64,000 nt of DNA from Clostridia bacterium (GCA_045643205.1 JAZUKI010000006.1:1-64000); one strand, 5' to 3'; numbered from the stretch's first letter, positions 21,363-32,648 are shown. Program-made: numbers and translations. Notes: generated from the sequence alone by a model not told the origin.

Positions 21363-21728
21363 TTATTGTAATTCAACTTCAGCGCCTGCTTCTGTTAATT
21401 TAGCTTTTAAGTCTTCAGCTTGGTCTTTTGGTAAGTTTTCTTTAATTGTCTTAGGAGCTCCATCAACTAAATCTTTAGCTTCTTTTAATCCTAATCCTGT
21501 TGCATCTCTAACAACTTTGATTACGTTGATTTTAGATGCTCCAGCTGCCTTTAATACAACTGTGAATGCGCTCTTTTCTTCAGCTGCGCCTGCTGCTGCT
21601 CCAGCTGCTGCTGGTGCTGCTGCTACTGCAGATACTCCATATTTTTCTTCGATACTTTTAACTAATTCAGCTAATTCTACTACTGTTAAACTGTCGATTG
21701 ATTCTAATAAATCTTCAATTTTTGCCAT
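21363..21728 (-). CDS. rplL: 50S ribosomal protein L7/L12
   Basis: Ala-rich hinge, [20 protein letters not shown]. Confidence 0.98.
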   Translation of the reverse strand: MAKIEDLLESIDSLTVVELAELVKSIEEKYGVSAVAAAPAAAGAAAGAAEEKSAFTVVLKAAGASKINVIKVVRDATGLGLKEAKDLVDGAPKTIKENLPKDQAEDLKAKLTEAGAEVELQ

Positions 21729-21836
21729 TTTAAATTTCCTCCTATAAAAATTTTATTTTTATTTTTTTAATTTTTAATTTAATTTTTGATTATGCTTTCT
21801 CATAATCTTGAGTACTTAACCTGTACTTGGTATAAA

Positions 21837-22460
21837 TTATTCAGCTTTTTGTGCTTCTGCTTCTTCAGCTTTAGCCTCTTCTGCTGGTGCAGCTTCTTCT
21901 GCTGCTGGTGCTGTTTCTTCAGCTTTAGCTTCTTCTGCTGGTGCAGCTTCTACTGAAACTGTTTCGCTTTCTTTCTTTACTTTAACTTGATCTAATGCAA
22001 CTGCAAGTTTTGCAACTGTTTGTAATAAAGATCCAGCCAATTTTGAAAGTAATTCTTCTCTTGATGGTAATGTAGCCAATGTTAAGATTTCTTCTAATGA
22101 CTTTAATTCTCCATCAATGTAACCACCTTTGATTACGTAATTTGGATTTGCTTTAGAGAATTTATAAGCAACTTTTAAAGGTGCTAAATAATCTTCTTTA
22201 GAGTATACTAATGTGTTTGGTCCAACTAGCATATCATCTAGACCTGTTTCACCATTAATATCTAATGCTCTCTTTAAGATGTTATTTTTAACAACTTTAC
22301 TTGATCCGTTAGCTTCTCTTAAATCTTTTCTTAATTTTGTATCTTGTTCTACTGTAACTCCTCTGAAATCAACTAGAAGTAATAATTTACAATCTTTTAA
22401 TTCTTCAGATAAAGCTTTTACTTTTTCTTCTTTCTCAGCAATAATTTTTGAACTTGCCAT
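21837..22460 (-). CDS. rplJ: 50S ribosomal protein L10 with acidic Ala/Glu-rich tail
   Basis: DFRG, VVKN, LPSREELL. Confidence 0.96.
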   Translation of the reverse strand: MASSKIIAEKEEKVKALSEELKDCKLLLLVDFRGVTVEQDTKLRKDLREANGSSKVVKNNILKRALDINGETGLDDMLVGPNTLVYSKEDYLAPLKVAYKFSKANPNYVIKGGYIDGELKSLEEILTLATLPSREELLSKLAGSLLQTVAKLAVALDQVKVKKESETVSVEAAPAEEAKAEETAPAAEEAAPAEEAKAEEAEAQKAE

Positions 22461-22519
22461 TTTTTGATTTCACCTCCTATAACAAAGTAATTCGGTTGAT
22501 GTTAATCATCTTCCTTTAT

Positions 22520-22618
22520 AAAAAAATTCAATCTACTAGCCACGAGGCTAATAGATTGAATGAAAATTCTTTCTATATCACCTCGGTAAGACTTACTGTC
22601 GCTTACTGTCTTTGGCTT
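22520..22618 (-). promoter_or_regulatory. L10 leader (r-protein autoregulatory attenuator)
   Basis: AAGACAGTA...CCGAGG core followed by terminator TTCAATCTATTAGCC-TCGT-GGCTAGTAGATTGAA-T7, directly upstream of rplJ. Confidence 0.8.
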
Positions 22619-22625
22619 AAATAAA

Positions 22626-23309
22626 TTATTTTTGGTCTATATACAAACCAGGTCCCATTGAAGGAGCTATTGAAACACTTCTAATATATTGTCCTTTAGC
22701 TGCTGCTGGTTTTGCTTTGATGATAGCATTCATAACTACATCGTAGTTTTCTGCTAATTTTTCAGCTCCAAAAGAAACTTTTCCAAATCCTAAGTGAATA
22801 ACATTATTTTTGTCTAATCTATATTCTACTTTACCAGATTTAATTTCTTGGATAGCTTTTGTGATATCCATTGTAACTGTTCCTGATTTAGGGTTTGGCA
22901 TTAATCCTTTAGGTCCTAATACCTTTCCTAATCTTCCTACAACACCCATCATATCTGGTGTTGCAACTACTACATCATAGTCAAACCAACCATCATTTTG
23001 GATTTTTGGTATTAATTCTTCAGCACCTACATAATCTGCTCCAGCTGCTGTAGCTTCGTCAGCTTTAGGTCCTTTAGCGAATACTAATACCTTTTGTGTT
23101 TTACCTGTACCATTTGGAAGTACTACTGTACCTCTAACTTGTTGATCAGCTTGTTTTGAATCAACACCTAATTTAACGTGTAATTCAACTGTTTGATCAA
23201 ACTTTGGTTGTGGCATTTTTTCAATAATGTCTAATGCTTCTTTAGTTGAATATAATTTCTTAGGATCAACTAATTTTGCACTTTCAACATATCTCTTGCC
23301 TTTCTTCAT
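22626..23309 (-). CDS. rplA: 50S ribosomal protein L1
   Basis: [23 protein letters not shown]. Confidence 0.98.
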   Translation of the reverse strand: MKKGKRYVESAKLVDPKKLYSTKEALDIIEKMPQPKFDQTVELHVKLGVDSKQADQQVRGTVVLPNGTGKTQKVLVFAKGPKADEATAAGADYVGAEELIPKIQNDGWFDYDVVVATPDMMGVVGRLGKVLGPKGLMPNPKSGTVTMDITKAIQEIKSGKVEYRLDKNNVIHLGFGKVSFGAEKLAENYDVVMNAIIKAKPAAAKGQYIRSVSIAPSMGPGLYIDQK

Positions 23310-23317
23310 TTTTACCT

Positions 23318-23356
23318 CCTTTGGTTCAAACGAGATTATCTTCTAACCTCTCCCAT
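23318..23356 (-). promoter_or_regulatory. putative L1-binding leader
   Basis: TGGGA-GAGGTTA/TAATCTC stem-GTTTGAA-CCA next to the rplA SD; resembles L1 sites between rplK and rplA. Confidence 0.45.
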
Positions 23357-23373
23357 ATTTAATTGATCAATAA

Positions 23374-23808
23374 TTATTCTTCTACAGTAACACCCATTGA
23401 TCTAGCTGTTCCTGCAACCATACTCATAGCTGTTTCTAATGAAGCTGCTGTTAAGTCTGGCATTTTTGTTTTAGCAATTTCTTCTACTTGAGCCTTTGTA
23501 AGTTTTGCAACTTTAACTGTATTAGGTTTTCCAGAAGCTTTTTGTAAGCCTGCTGCTTTCTTAATTAATACAGCCATAGGTGGCTCTTTTGTTATAAATG
23601 TAAAAGATTTGTCTTTCTTAACTGTAATAACTACTGGGATGATCATTCCAGCTTGTTTTGCAGTTTGTTCATTAAATTGTTTACAGAAGTCCATGATGTT
23701 TACACCTGAACCACCTAATGCTGGTCCAACTGGTGGAGCTGGTGTTGCCTTACCTGCTTCAATTTGCAATTTAATGATGATGTCTTTTTCTTCTTTCTTG
23801 TCTGCCAT
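23374..23808 (-). CDS. rplK: 50S ribosomal protein L11
   Basis: [22 protein letters not shown]. Confidence 0.98.
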   Translation of the reverse strand: MADKKEEKDIIIKLQIEAGKATPAPPVGPALGGSGVNIMDFCKQFNEQTAKQAGMIIPVVITVKKDKSFTFITKEPPMAVLIKKAAGLQKASGKPNTVKVAKLTKAQVEEIAKTKMPDLTAASLETAMSMVAGTARSMGVTVEE

Positions 23809-23943
23809 TTGTGTCTGCACCTCCTTCTTCTTGGTTTGTATAAAAAATAATTTATTATAAAAAGAATTAGTGTTTCTAATTCAATTTAACAAAAATTCAA
23901 ATGGCCTATTAAATTAATAGACGCGTTTCATATTATAGCATAA

Positions 23944-24486
23944 TTATTTTACTTTTTCAACATCTGTAAAATCTAACTCAACTGGAGTTTCTCTACCAAA
24001 CATTGAAATAGATGCTTTGATAATATGTTTTTCTTTGTTGATTTCTAAAACAGTTCCTGTATATCCATCAAATGGTCCTGCAATTACGCTAATTTCATCA
24101 TTAACATCAAAATTAACATTAACGGCTTGAGCTGTAACGTCGAATCCCATTTTTCTGATTTCAGCTTCTGTTAGTGGAATAGGGTCTGTGCCAGAACCAA
24201 CAAATCCTGTAACTCCCCTTGTATTTCTAACTATATACCAAGTTTGTTCAGTTACTATCATTTTTACTAAAACATAACCTGGAAAAACTTTCTTTAAATT
24301 AGATTTTCTTTTACCATCTTTGATTTCAATCTGTTCTTCCATTGGAACAACAATATCAAAGAAGTATTCTTCTAATTCTCTGTTTTTTATTGTTTTTTCA
24401 AGGTCTGTTTTAACTTTGTTTTCGTAACCAGAGTATGTATGAACAACATACCATCTTGGTTCGTTATCATAATCTTTTTGAGACAT
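23944..24486 (-). CDS. nusG: transcription factor NusG
   Basis: WYVVHTYSGYE, FPGYVLV, KOW, MFGRETPVEL. Confidence 0.98.
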   Translation of the reverse strand: MSQKDYDNEPRWYVVHTYSGYENKVKTDLEKTIKNRELEEYFFDIVVPMEEQIEIKDGKRKSNLKKVFPGYVLVKMIVTEQTWYIVRNTRGVTGFVGSGTDPIPLTEAEIRKMGFDVTAQAVNVNFDVNDEISVIAGPFDGYTGTVLEINKEKHIIKASISMFGRETPVELDFTDVEKVK

Positions 24487-24509
24487 CTTGTCCTCCTCAA
24501 AAATTTTTA

Positions 24510-24887
24510 TTATTCAGCTTTTTCATCTGATTCAGCATTTTCAACTGTTTCATTGTTTGTGTCTACTGAATTAACGATAGTAGTAGTGTTAGCATTATCA
24601 GCATTTTTTGAATCAACTACAACTTTAACAACTGATCCGTTGATTGCTTTGAATGCTAAATCTAATAAGAAAATTATAACTGCAACAATAATTACCATTG
24701 AAATAACAACTGTTGTGTTTTCAGCTAATTGACGCTTTGTTGGCCAAATAACTTTCTTTAACTCTGCTCTAAAATCTTTGAACCAATGTTTATTGCTTCC
24801 TGCTTTTGGAGCTTTAAGTTTTTTCTTATCAACTTTTTCAGCTTTATTTTTATTTTTTAAAGCTTTCTTTTCTTCTTTATCTGCCAT
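24510..24887 (-). CDS. secE: preprotein translocase SecE
   Basis: ELKKVIWPT plus one TM helix, between rpmG and nusG. Confidence 0.93.
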   Translation of the reverse strand: MADKEEKKALKNKNKAEKVDKKKLKAPKAGSNKHWFKDFRAELKKVIWPTKRQLAENTTVVISMVIIVAVIIFLLDLAFKAINGSVVKVVVDSKNADNANTTTIVNSVDTNNETVENAESDEKAE

Positions 24888-24933
24888 CTCAACCTCTTTC
24901 TCTTCTTAAGTTTACTTAAGTGATTATCATAAA

Positions 24934-25098
24934 TTATTTTGTTTCTTTATGTACTGTTGTTTTCTTGCAGAATTTACAATATTTTTTAATTTCTAATCTA
25001 TCTGAATTATTTCTTTTATTTTTTTCAGAAACATAATTTCTATTGTGGCACTCTGTGCACTCTAGAGTGATATGTTCTCTTGCTCCTTTTGTTGCCAT
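24934..25098 (-). CDS. rpmG: 50S ribosomal protein L33 (Zn-binding type)
   Basis: Not in the ORF track. [54 protein letters not shown]; GGAGG RBS. Confidence 0.96.
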   Translation of the reverse strand: MATKGAREHITLECTECHNRNYVSEKNKRNNSDRLEIKKYCKFCKKTTVHKETK

Positions 25099-25126
25099 TT
25101 TATACCTCCATTAATTTTAAAAGATA

Positions 25127-26011
25127 TTAAACACCTTTAACTTGTTTTGCAATTTCTTCAGCAAAGTTTTCTTGTTTCTTTTCGATTCCTTCGCCTCTTT
25201 CTAATCTTGCAAATCTGTTAATTGTAACACCTTTAGATTTTAAAACATCTTTAACTAATTGAGAAGAATCTTTAACGAATTCTTGGTCTATTAAACAATA
25301 TTCTCCATAGAATTTTCCTAATCTTCCCATAACGATTTTTTCAGCTACATTTTCTGGTCTACCTTCGTTGATAACTTGTGCTTTTAAAATCTCTTTTTCT
25401 TTTTCTAATCTATCAGCTGGAACATCTTCTTCATTTAAGAATTCTGGTTTTCCTGCTGTAATTTGTAAACAAATATCTTGTCCTAGTTCTTCATCTTCTT
25501 TGCTTAAATCAACTAAAACTCCGATAGCTCCTTCATTATGAAGATATCCTGCGATAGCTCCTTCTGATACATATCTTTCAAATCTTCTGATTGACATGTT
25601 TTCACCGATCTTAGCAATAAGATTTGTTAAAGCTTCTTGAACTGTGATATTAGCATCATCAATATATTTTTGTGCTAATAAATCTTCAACGTCTTTAGGA
25701 TCATTTGTAGCAACTTGCTTTGCAATAGATGCTACGAAAGCTTTGAAGTCATCTCCTCTTGAAACAAAGTCTGTTTCACAGTTAACTTCTACAATAGCTC
25801 CAACTTTTTTATCATCTGAAATATATGTGTCAACTAAACCTTCAGCTGCAATTCTTCCAGATTTCTTTTCAGCTTTAAGAACTCCTCTTTCTTTAAGTAG
25901 TTCGATAGCTTTTTCTTCATTTCCATCTGTTTCTGCTAGAACTTTTTTGCATTCCATCATTCCAGCGCCTGTTTTCTTTCTTAATTCCATAACTTGTGCT
26001 GCTGTAACCAT
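25127..26011 (-). CDS. tsf: elongation factor Ts
   Basis: LRKKTGAGMMECKK, NCETDFV. Confidence 0.98.
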   Translation of the reverse strand: MVTAAQVMELRKKTGAGMMECKKVLAETDGNEEKAIELLKERGVLKAEKKSGRIAAEGLVDTYISDDKKVGAIVEVNCETDFVSRGDDFKAFVASIAKQVATNDPKDVEDLLAQKYIDDANITVQEALTNLIAKIGENMSIRRFERYVSEGAIAGYLHNEGAIGVLVDLSKEDEELGQDICLQITAGKPEFLNEEDVPADRLEKEKEILKAQVINEGRPENVAEKIVMGRLGKFYGEYCLIDQEFVKDSSQLVKDVLKSKGVTINRFARLERGEGIEKKQENFAEEIAKQVKGV

Positions 26012-26049
26012 AATATTTTTTCCTCCTATTAATTTTTATTATTTAAAAA

Positions 26050-26838
26050 TTATTCTTCAACGTTTGTTTCATCTTCAAGAGCTACAACTTCTTCCATGCT
26101 TTCAACTGATTCATCAGCGATAGCATCTTCCATTGTTTCATCTGATTCAAGGATTTCACCTTGTTTTCCTTCGATGATAGCATTTGCCATACTGTCAGCT
26201 ATTAATTTAACTGCTCTTATAGCATCATCATTTCCAGGAATAGCATAATCAACGTCATCAGGATTGCAGTTAGTATCTACTAAACCTACAACAGGAATTC
26301 CTAATTTATGAGCTTCAACTACAGCGTTATGTTCTTTCTTAGGATCAACAACAAACATAACTCCAGGAATATCAGTCATATTCTTAATTCCACCTAAGTT
26401 CTTTGTTAGTTTTTCCATTTCTTTCTTTAAAAGAACAACTTCTCTTTTTGGAAGGATTTCGAATGTTCCGTCTTCTGACATTCTTTCTAATTCTTCTAAT
26501 TTGTTAATTCTATCTCTAATTGTAGAGAAGTTTGTTAATGTTCCACCTAACCATCTTTGGTTAACATAGAACATTCCACTCTTTTCTGCAGCTTCTTTCA
26601 TGCATTCTTGAGCTTGTTTCTTTGTTCCAACAAATAGAACTGTCTTTCCTTCTTCAGCTTGTTCTTTCATGAATTCATAAGCTTCGTCTAATTTTTTTGA
26701 TGTCTTTTGTAAATCGATAATATGGATACCATTTCTAGCTTGGAATATGTATTCTGCCATTCTAGGATCCCATCTTCTAGTTTGATGTCCGAAATGAACA
26801 CCAGCTTCTAGTAATTGTTTCATTGCAACAACTGCCAT
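26050..26838 (-). CDS. rpsB: 30S ribosomal protein S2
   Basis: [20 protein letters not shown]. Confidence 0.98.
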   Translation of the reverse strand: MAVVAMKQLLEAGVHFGHQTRRWDPRMAEYIFQARNGIHIIDLQKTSKKLDEAYEFMKEQAEEGKTVLFVGTKKQAQECMKEAAEKSGMFYVNQRWLGGTLTNFSTIRDRINKLEELERMSEDGTFEILPKREVVLLKKEMEKLTKNLGGIKNMTDIPGVMFVVDPKKEHNAVVEAHKLGIPVVGLVDTNCNPDDVDYAIPGNDDAIRAVKLIADSMANAIIEGKQGEILESDETMEDAIADESVESMEEVVALEDETNVEE

Positions 26839-26844
26839 TTTAAT

Positions 26845-26970
26845 TTCCTCCTTTTAGTTTTTGACCTCCACAAAAGTCTTAATTTTCGGCAACTTAGAGC
26901 ATTTTGAAATAATAATTTTACTTTAAGCACTTGCCTCAAACTCGTTTTGTGTGTGTATTTTGCAACGGGT
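26845..26970 (-). promoter_or_regulatory. probable S2 autoregulatory leader
   Basis: About 125 nt 5'UTR below an extended -10 (TGGTATAAT at 26973-26981), containing ACACAC ... GTGGAGG elements typical of rpsB leaders. Confidence 0.5.
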
Positions 26971-27042
26971 CCATTATACCACAGAAAAAAGCCTTTTTTC
27001 AAGGCTTTTTCAATATTTTTTATATTTTTTTACTTTATTTTA

Positions 27043-27903
27043 TTAGTCTTTATTTGTTTTACTTTCTTTTTTATCTCTTTTTTCGTTTTTTTCTTTTCTA
27101 TTTTCTTTATTATGTTTTAACTTTTCTTTAGCTTTATTAGTTGTATTTTGAATAGCATTTTTACTTTTTTCAGCACTTACTTTAATTTTTTCTTTTCCTT
27201 TATTTGCAAGCTCTTTAACCTTTTCTTGTGCTACTTTAAATCTAGGATGTGACTCTAAAAATCTTACTGCTAATTTATTGTTTTTTAGTTCTTCTTTTAC
27301 TCTTGCATTAATTTCATCTGTGTCATCTTTGTTTCCTCTAGCACCACCAACATGAGTAGCAGTTTTTGCAACTTTTCCAACAACTTTAAATGAAATTATA
27401 ACATCAATTATAAATATAATAGCTAAAATTCCTGCTGTTAAATGTCTTGCTAATTCGGGCATTGGATCTAATACATTATTGAATAACACTGGATTTATTA
27501 AATATATAACTGCTAAACCAAAAATTCCAAAAGGTATAAGAGTGTTTAAAGAAACTCTTCCATTTATATTAAATTTATGGTCAGAATAGTCCCACCATCT
27601 AGCATTAAATATCTTTTCAAGTACAAAACTTGCAATGTATTCAACTATTCCACTAACTATAATTGCTAAAAAGAAAACTGCAACAGGCCATTCTTTGCAC
27701 CAGGTTAAACAAATTGTTATAAAAACTCCACCTAATCCATATATAGGACAAATTGGACTTATTAAAAATCCTCTATTAACAATTTTCTTCTCTATTATTG
27801 ATACATAAACTTCTTCTACTATCCATCCACCAAATGAAAAGATTAAGAATAACAAAAACATCTTTTCAACAAATGGTATGGCTGTCGTTAAAACATATTC
27901 CAT
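27043..27903 (-). CDS. putative ABC-transporter-permease-like membrane protein (CmpB-like)
   Basis: GWIVE, NRGFL, PIYG, RWWDYS..FNINGR; several TM helices; Lys-rich tail. Confidence 0.8.
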   Translation of the reverse strand: MEYVLTTAIPFVEKMFLLFLIFSFGGWIVEEVYVSIIEKKIVNRGFLISPICPIYGLGGVFITICLTWCKEWPVAVFFLAIIVSGIVEYIASFVLEKIFNARWWDYSDHKFNINGRVSLNTLIPFGIFGLAVIYLINPVLFNNVLDPMPELARHLTAGILAIIFIIDVIISFKVVGKVAKTATHVGGARGNKDDTDEINARVKEELKNNKLAVRFLESHPRFKVAQEKVKELANKGKEKIKVSAEKSKNAIQNTTNKAKEKLKHNKENRKEKNEKRDKKESKTNKD

Positions 27904-27930
27904 ATTTCCTCTATTTCAAAATTATATTAA

Positions 27931-30195
27931 TTATTTACTACTCTTTTTTGTAGCTTTTTTTGCTGTTGTTTTTGTTGTCTTTGCTGCAGTCTTTTTAGTT
28001 GTTGTCTTTGTTGTCTTTGCTGCAGTCTTTTTAGTTGTTGTCTTTGTTGTTTTTGCTGTAGTCTTTTTAGTTGTTGTCTTTGTTGTTTTTGCTGTAGTCT
28101 TTTTTGCTGTTGCCTTCTTCGTTTTTGTTTTCTTAGTTGTTTTTCCATCAGCTGCTTTTTTAACTGCTCTTTTCTTTTTCTTTTCTAAATTTTCTAAAGC
28201 TTCTGTTGGATCCCACTCTTGTCCAGCAACAGGTTTTTCCCAAGAAATAAATAAGCATGGGTTTTCTAATTTTTGATTATTCTTTGAACAAATATAATAA
28301 CATTTTCCTCTTCTTGCTTTTCTTTCATAAACTTCAGATCCGCAAACTGGGCATGGTACATCAATTGCTGTTACAAACGGTTTAATATTTTTACAATCTG
28401 GGAATCCTGGGCAAGCTAAGAATTTTCCAAATCTTCCTTCTTTTATAACCATTAGCTTTCCACATTTTTCGCACTTAACGTTACTAACTTGTTCTTCTAA
28501 TTTTACATGTTCTACTTCTTTTTCAACTTTTTCTAGTTCCTTAGCAAAAGGACCATAGAATTCTCTAATTACTTGTTTCCAAGGTTCTTTTCCTTCAGCA
28601 ATACTATCAAATTGATTTTCAATATCTGCTGTAAATTCTACATTTATAATATCAGGAAAATTTTCTACTAATAAATTATTAACAACTTTTCCAAGGTCTG
28701 TTGGAAGTAATTGTTTCTTTTCTTTTGTTATATATTTTCTATCTATAATTGTAGAAATAATTGTAGCATAAGTACTTGGTCTTCCAATTCCTTTTTGTTC
28801 AAGTTCTTTAACAAGACTTGCTTCTGTGTATCTTGCTGGTGGTTCTGTGAAGCTTTGTTTGCTATCAATTCTTTCTTTCTTTAATGTTTCGCCTTCATCA
28901 AGTTCAGGAATTATTGACTCATCATCTTCATCATTTGAATCATCTCTATCCTCAACATATAAAGTCATAAATCCTTTAAATTTAAGAGTTTGACCAGATG
29001 CTGTGAAATTATATACATTATCTAGTTTTGTTTTTTCAGTATCTATTTGTGCAGAAACAGTATCATACACAGCGGCTGACATTTGACTAGCAATAAATCT
29101 ATTATAAATTAAATTATATAGCTTAAATTGATCGTCATCTAATTGATTTTTAACCATTTCAGGAGATTTATTAACATATGCAGGTCTTATACCTTCATGT
29201 CCATCTTGTGCTCCCGATGGAGTTTTATAATATCTATTTTCGTAATATTCTTCTCCATATTTTTCAACAATAACTTCTTTAGCTGCTGCTCTAGCAGATT
29301 CAGAAATTCTTGTAGAATCAGTTCTCATATATGTTATAAATCCTGATTCATATAGAGTTTGAGCAACACTCATTGTTTTTCTAATTGCAAATCCTAACTT
29401 TCTTGAAGCTTCTTGTTGCATTGTAGAAGTTGTAAAAGGTGGAGCAGGATTTTTCTTTCTTGTTCCAAGTTTTACAGAAACAACTTTATATTTAGTATTT
29501 TCAATATCCTTTAAAATTTCATCAACTTCATCTTGATGATGTAATTCAACTTTTTCGCCGTTTGCTCCAGCAAATCTAGCAGAAAATTTATTATTATTTT
29601 TTGAAAGTATAGCATAAATGTTCCAATATTCTTCTGGAATAAATTTTTCAATTTCTTCTTCTCTATCGCAAATTAATTTAACTGCTACAGATTGAACTCT
29701 ACCTGCAGATAGTCCTCTTCTTACTTTCTTCCATAATATAGGACTAATTTGATATCCAACAATTCTATCCATTACACGTCTAGCTTGTTGTGCATCTGTT
29801 AAATTCATATCTATAGTTCTTGGTTCTTTAATGTTTTTCTTAACAGTTTCTTTAGTTATTTCATTAAATGTTACTCTGCAAGCTTCATCTTGTGATATAC
29901 CTAAAATGTAAGCTAAATGATATGCAATTGCTTCTCCCTCACGGTCAGGGTCAGTTGCAAGATATACTTTATCAGCTTTTTTAGCTGCCGTTTTTAATGA
30001 ATTAATTAAAGCTGCTTTTCCTCTTATATTAATATATTCAGGTTCAAAATCTTGTTCAATATTTACGCCTAACTTTGATTTTGGTAAATCTCTAATATGT
30101 CCCTTAGACGCCTCAACTACGTATCCTTCTCCTAAATATTTTTTTATTGTAATTGCCTTAGAAGGTGATTCGACAATGATTAATTTATTTGCCAT
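27931..30195 (-). CDS. topA: DNA topoisomerase I with Lys/Thr/Ala repeat tail
   Basis: VESPSKA, DPDREGE, SAGRVQS, ITYMRTDS, Zn ribbons. Confidence 0.97.
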   Translation of the reverse strand: MANKLIIVESPSKAITIKKYLGEGYVVEASKGHIRDLPKSKLGVNIEQDFEPEYINIRGKAALINSLKTAAKKADKVYLATDPDREGEAIAYHLAYILGISQDEACRVTFNEITKETVKKNIKEPRTIDMNLTDAQQARRVMDRIVGYQISPILWKKVRRGLSAGRVQSVAVKLICDREEEIEKFIPEEYWNIYAILSKNNNKFSARFAGANGEKVELHHQDEVDEILKDIENTKYKVVSVKLGTRKKNPAPPFTTSTMQQEASRKLGFAIRKTMSVAQTLYESGFITYMRTDSTRISESARAAAKEVIVEKYGEEYYENRYYKTPSGAQDGHEGIRPAYVNKSPEMVKNQLDDDQFKLYNLIYNRFIASQMSAAVYDTVSAQIDTEKTKLDNVYNFTASGQTLKFKGFMTLYVEDRDDSNDEDDESIIPELDEGETLKKERIDSKQSFTEPPARYTEASLVKELEQKGIGRPSTYATIISTIIDRKYITKEKKQLLPTDLGKVVNNLLVENFPDIINVEFTADIENQFDSIAEGKEPWKQVIREFYGPFAKELEKVEKEVEHVKLEEQVSNVKCEKCGKLMVIKEGRFGKFLACPGFPDCKNIKPFVTAIDVPCPVCGSEVYERKARRGKCYYICSKNNQKLENPCLFISWEKPVAGQEWDPTEALENLEKKKKRAVKKAADGKTTKKTKTKKATAKKTTAKTTKTTTKKTTAKTTKTTTKKTAAKTTKTTTKKTAAKTTKTTAKKATKKSSK
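27950..28140 (-). repeat. 36-bp tandem repeat encoding KKT(T/A)AKTTKTTT
   Basis: About four near-identical units at the topA 3' end. Confidence 0.9.
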
Positions 30196-30284
30196 TACTC
30201 TCTCCATTTATTTTTTCTATCTAAAATAAAATATCACACCAATTAAGATTTTTCAACTAAACCTTATTGCTGTGATATTCTAAA

Positions 30285-31427
30285 TTATTTTTCTTTATTT
30301 TGCAAGACTGTCTCTTTTACTTCATTATATATATTATCTTCAACATTGCTTGCAGCCATTGCAGCTATTGACTTTGCCATTGCTTGTAAATTTTCTTTAT
30401 TAGCTACCATCTCGCATATCATACTATTTAAAGTCATAGATGTAATTTTATCATCTAATAAAACTTTTGCTCCTCCCTGTTTTTCAACAGTTCTAGCATT
30501 AAACTCTTGATGATTTTCTGCTGCAAATGGATATGGAATAAATATTGCAGGAATGCCAATTTTTTCTGCCTCAGTTACAGTCATAGCGCCACTTCTGCAA
30601 ACAACCATATCTGCTATATTCATCATTTCTCCCATATTATATATATAAGGAAGAACTTTAATATCTTTTATATTTTCGCAATCAATATTATTAGATTCTA
30701 ATTCTTGTTTTACTCCATCATAATTTTTAGGACCAACTGCCCACATAATTTGATATGGAATAGTTGAATCTCCTTTAATAATGCTCTTAATAATTCCAAC
30801 CATTGCCTTATTTATATTTTTAGCCCCTTGGCTTCCACCAAAAACTAAAACTAATGGTTTCTCAATATCGTATCCATTTTCTTTTTTCTTATCTTGTTTT
30901 TCTTCTTCAGTTAAATTTAATTTAACTACTTTTGTCGGATTACCAGTAAAAACAACTTTTTTAGCTTTTGGTAATCTATCTTTTGATTCTTCAAATCCCA
31001 CTAATATTTTATCTGCTTTTTTTGAAACCCATTGAGTTGCTTTTCCAGGTAAAACATTACTTTCATGTACTAAATATGGTATATGTAACTTTTTAGCTGC
31101 TTTACAAACAACCCATGTAATAAATCCACCTGTTCCAATAACAACATCTGGATTAAATTCTCTTAAAATTTTCTTTGCCTCAGAAACAGAATGTAAAGTT
31201 TCAATTCCATGTTTAATTGTAGAAAGTTTAAAACTTCTAGATAATCCATAACATTTAACAGTCTTTAACTCATATCCCTCTCTAGGAACTAAATCTGTTT
31301 CTAGTCCAGAATCTGTTCCAATAAAGATTATTTCTGAATCTGGTTCTTCTTTTTTTATTTTATTTGCGATTGCTAATCCCGGATTAATATGTCCACCAGT
31401 TTGTGCTGCCGCTATAACTGCTTTCAT
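30285..31427 (-). CDS. murG: UDP-GlcNAc:lipid I transferase
   Basis: TGGHINPG, HESN, GGSQGA, HQEFNA. Confidence 0.95.
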   Translation of the reverse strand: MKAVIAAAQTGGHINPGLAIANKIKKEEPDSEIIFIGTDSGLETDLVPREGYELKTVKCYGLSRSFKLSTIKHGIETLHSVSEAKKILREFNPDVVIGTGGFITWVVCKAAKKLHIPYLVHESNVLPGKATQWVSKKADKILVGFEESKDRLPKAKKVVFTGNPTKVVKLNLTEEEKQDKKKENGYDIEKPLVLVFGGSQGAKNINKAMVGIIKSIIKGDSTIPYQIMWAVGPKNYDGVKQELESNNIDCENIKDIKVLPYIYNMGEMMNIADMVVCRSGAMTVTEAEKIGIPAIFIPYPFAAENHQEFNARTVEKQGGAKVLLDDKITSMTLNSMICEMVANKENLQAMAKSIAAMAASNVEDNIYNEVKETVLQNKEK

Positions 31428-31445
31428 ATCTCCTCCTTTCAACAA

Positions 31446-32615
31446 TTATTCTTTTTCAATTTCTCTATTACGTGAAATGCTTAATAACAATCCCATGCTC
31501 ATTAGTAAAGTTAATAACGCTGTTCCACCATAACTTAAGAAAGGTAGTGAAACACCAGTATTAGGCATAACTGCTGTACAAACAGCAATATTTAAGATTG
31601 TTTGAATCATAACTTGAGAAACAATTCCTGTTGCTATTAATTTTCCAAATAAATCTTTAGCTCTAACTGAAATTAATATTCCTCTAACTGCAAATAGTGC
31701 ATATAATATAATTACAAAAGCACAACCCACAAAGCCCATTTCTTCTGCAATAATAGCAAAAATAAAATCGTTATGTGCTTCTGGTAAATATGTATATTTT
31801 TGAGTACTTTGTCCAAGTCCTACTCCAAATATTCCACCGCTTCCAATTGCATACAAACTTTGTTTAGTTTGGTATGCAGAATCTAGTGTACTATTTAATG
31901 GATCTTGCCAAGCTTGAATTCTATCACCTCTAAATGAGTCTGTTAGTTTGTTTAATACACCTGTAATTCCTAAAAATCCTAGTATTCCTCCACCAGCTCC
32001 TAAAGCCATTCCAATATAAGATTTTTTTATACCTGAAATAAATATGATAACGCATACAATTGCCATCATAATTATTCCTGCAGACATGTGATTTTGAAGT
32101 TTAAAAACTATCAATGCAGGAACTAATCCCATTATTATAGGAATACCTACTTCTGTAAAAAAATTATGCTTAACTCTTCTTTCATCTGTAAAATATCCTG
32201 CAACGGCAATTACTAATCCTATCTTTGTGATTTCTGAAGGTTGAAACTGAGCTGGTCCAATATTAATCCATCTTCTAGCACCATTTACTGTAACACCTAT
32301 TCCTGGAACATAAACTAAAAATAATACTAATACTGAAACAAAGTAAATTGGGATATACCATTTTTTCAATCTATGATAATCATATCTTGATATTAATATC
32401 ATAACTAAAAATCCAGCTATTGCTATTCCACCTTGTTTAAACAAATAATAGTAACTAGTTCCATTCTCAGATAATGCTTTGGGAGCACTTGCAGATAAAA
32501 CCATAACAACTCCAAAAGCTACTAATATAAATATAATAATAACCATAGGTATATCTATTCTATTAAGTTTCTTCTTTGGAAGACGTTTAGTTTTTCTTAC
32601 TTCTTCGTTTGACAT
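31446..32615 (-). CDS. ftsW: SEDS peptidoglycan polymerase FtsW/SpoVE
   Basis: GARRWI, FQPSE, PEAHNDFIF, LPFLSYGG. Confidence 0.92.
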   Translation of the reverse strand: MSNEEVRKTKRLPKKKLNRIDIPMVIIIFILVAFGVVMVLSASAPKALSENGTSYYYLFKQGGIAIAGFLVMILISRYDYHRLKKWYIPIYFVSVLVLFLVYVPGIGVTVNGARRWINIGPAQFQPSEITKIGLVIAVAGYFTDERRVKHNFFTEVGIPIIMGLVPALIVFKLQNHMSAGIIMMAIVCVIIFISGIKKSYIGMALGAGGGILGFLGITGVLNKLTDSFRGDRIQAWQDPLNSTLDSAYQTKQSLYAIGSGGIFGVGLGQSTQKYTYLPEAHNDFIFAIIAEEMGFVGCAFVIILYALFAVRGILISVRAKDLFGKLIATGIVSQVMIQTILNIAVCTAVMPNTGVSLPFLSYGGTALLTLLMSMGLLLSISRNREIEKE

Positions 32616-32648
32616 TTGTACTCCTTAATTAAATGTATAGTCCTAGCA

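Noticed and set aside
27878-28276. Alternative-frame ORFs over the topA tail (poly-Q/K/R 73 aa; poly-V/F/A 132 aa antisense)
   Set aside because: By-products of the stop-free 36-bp repeat; no RBS; fully overlap topA.
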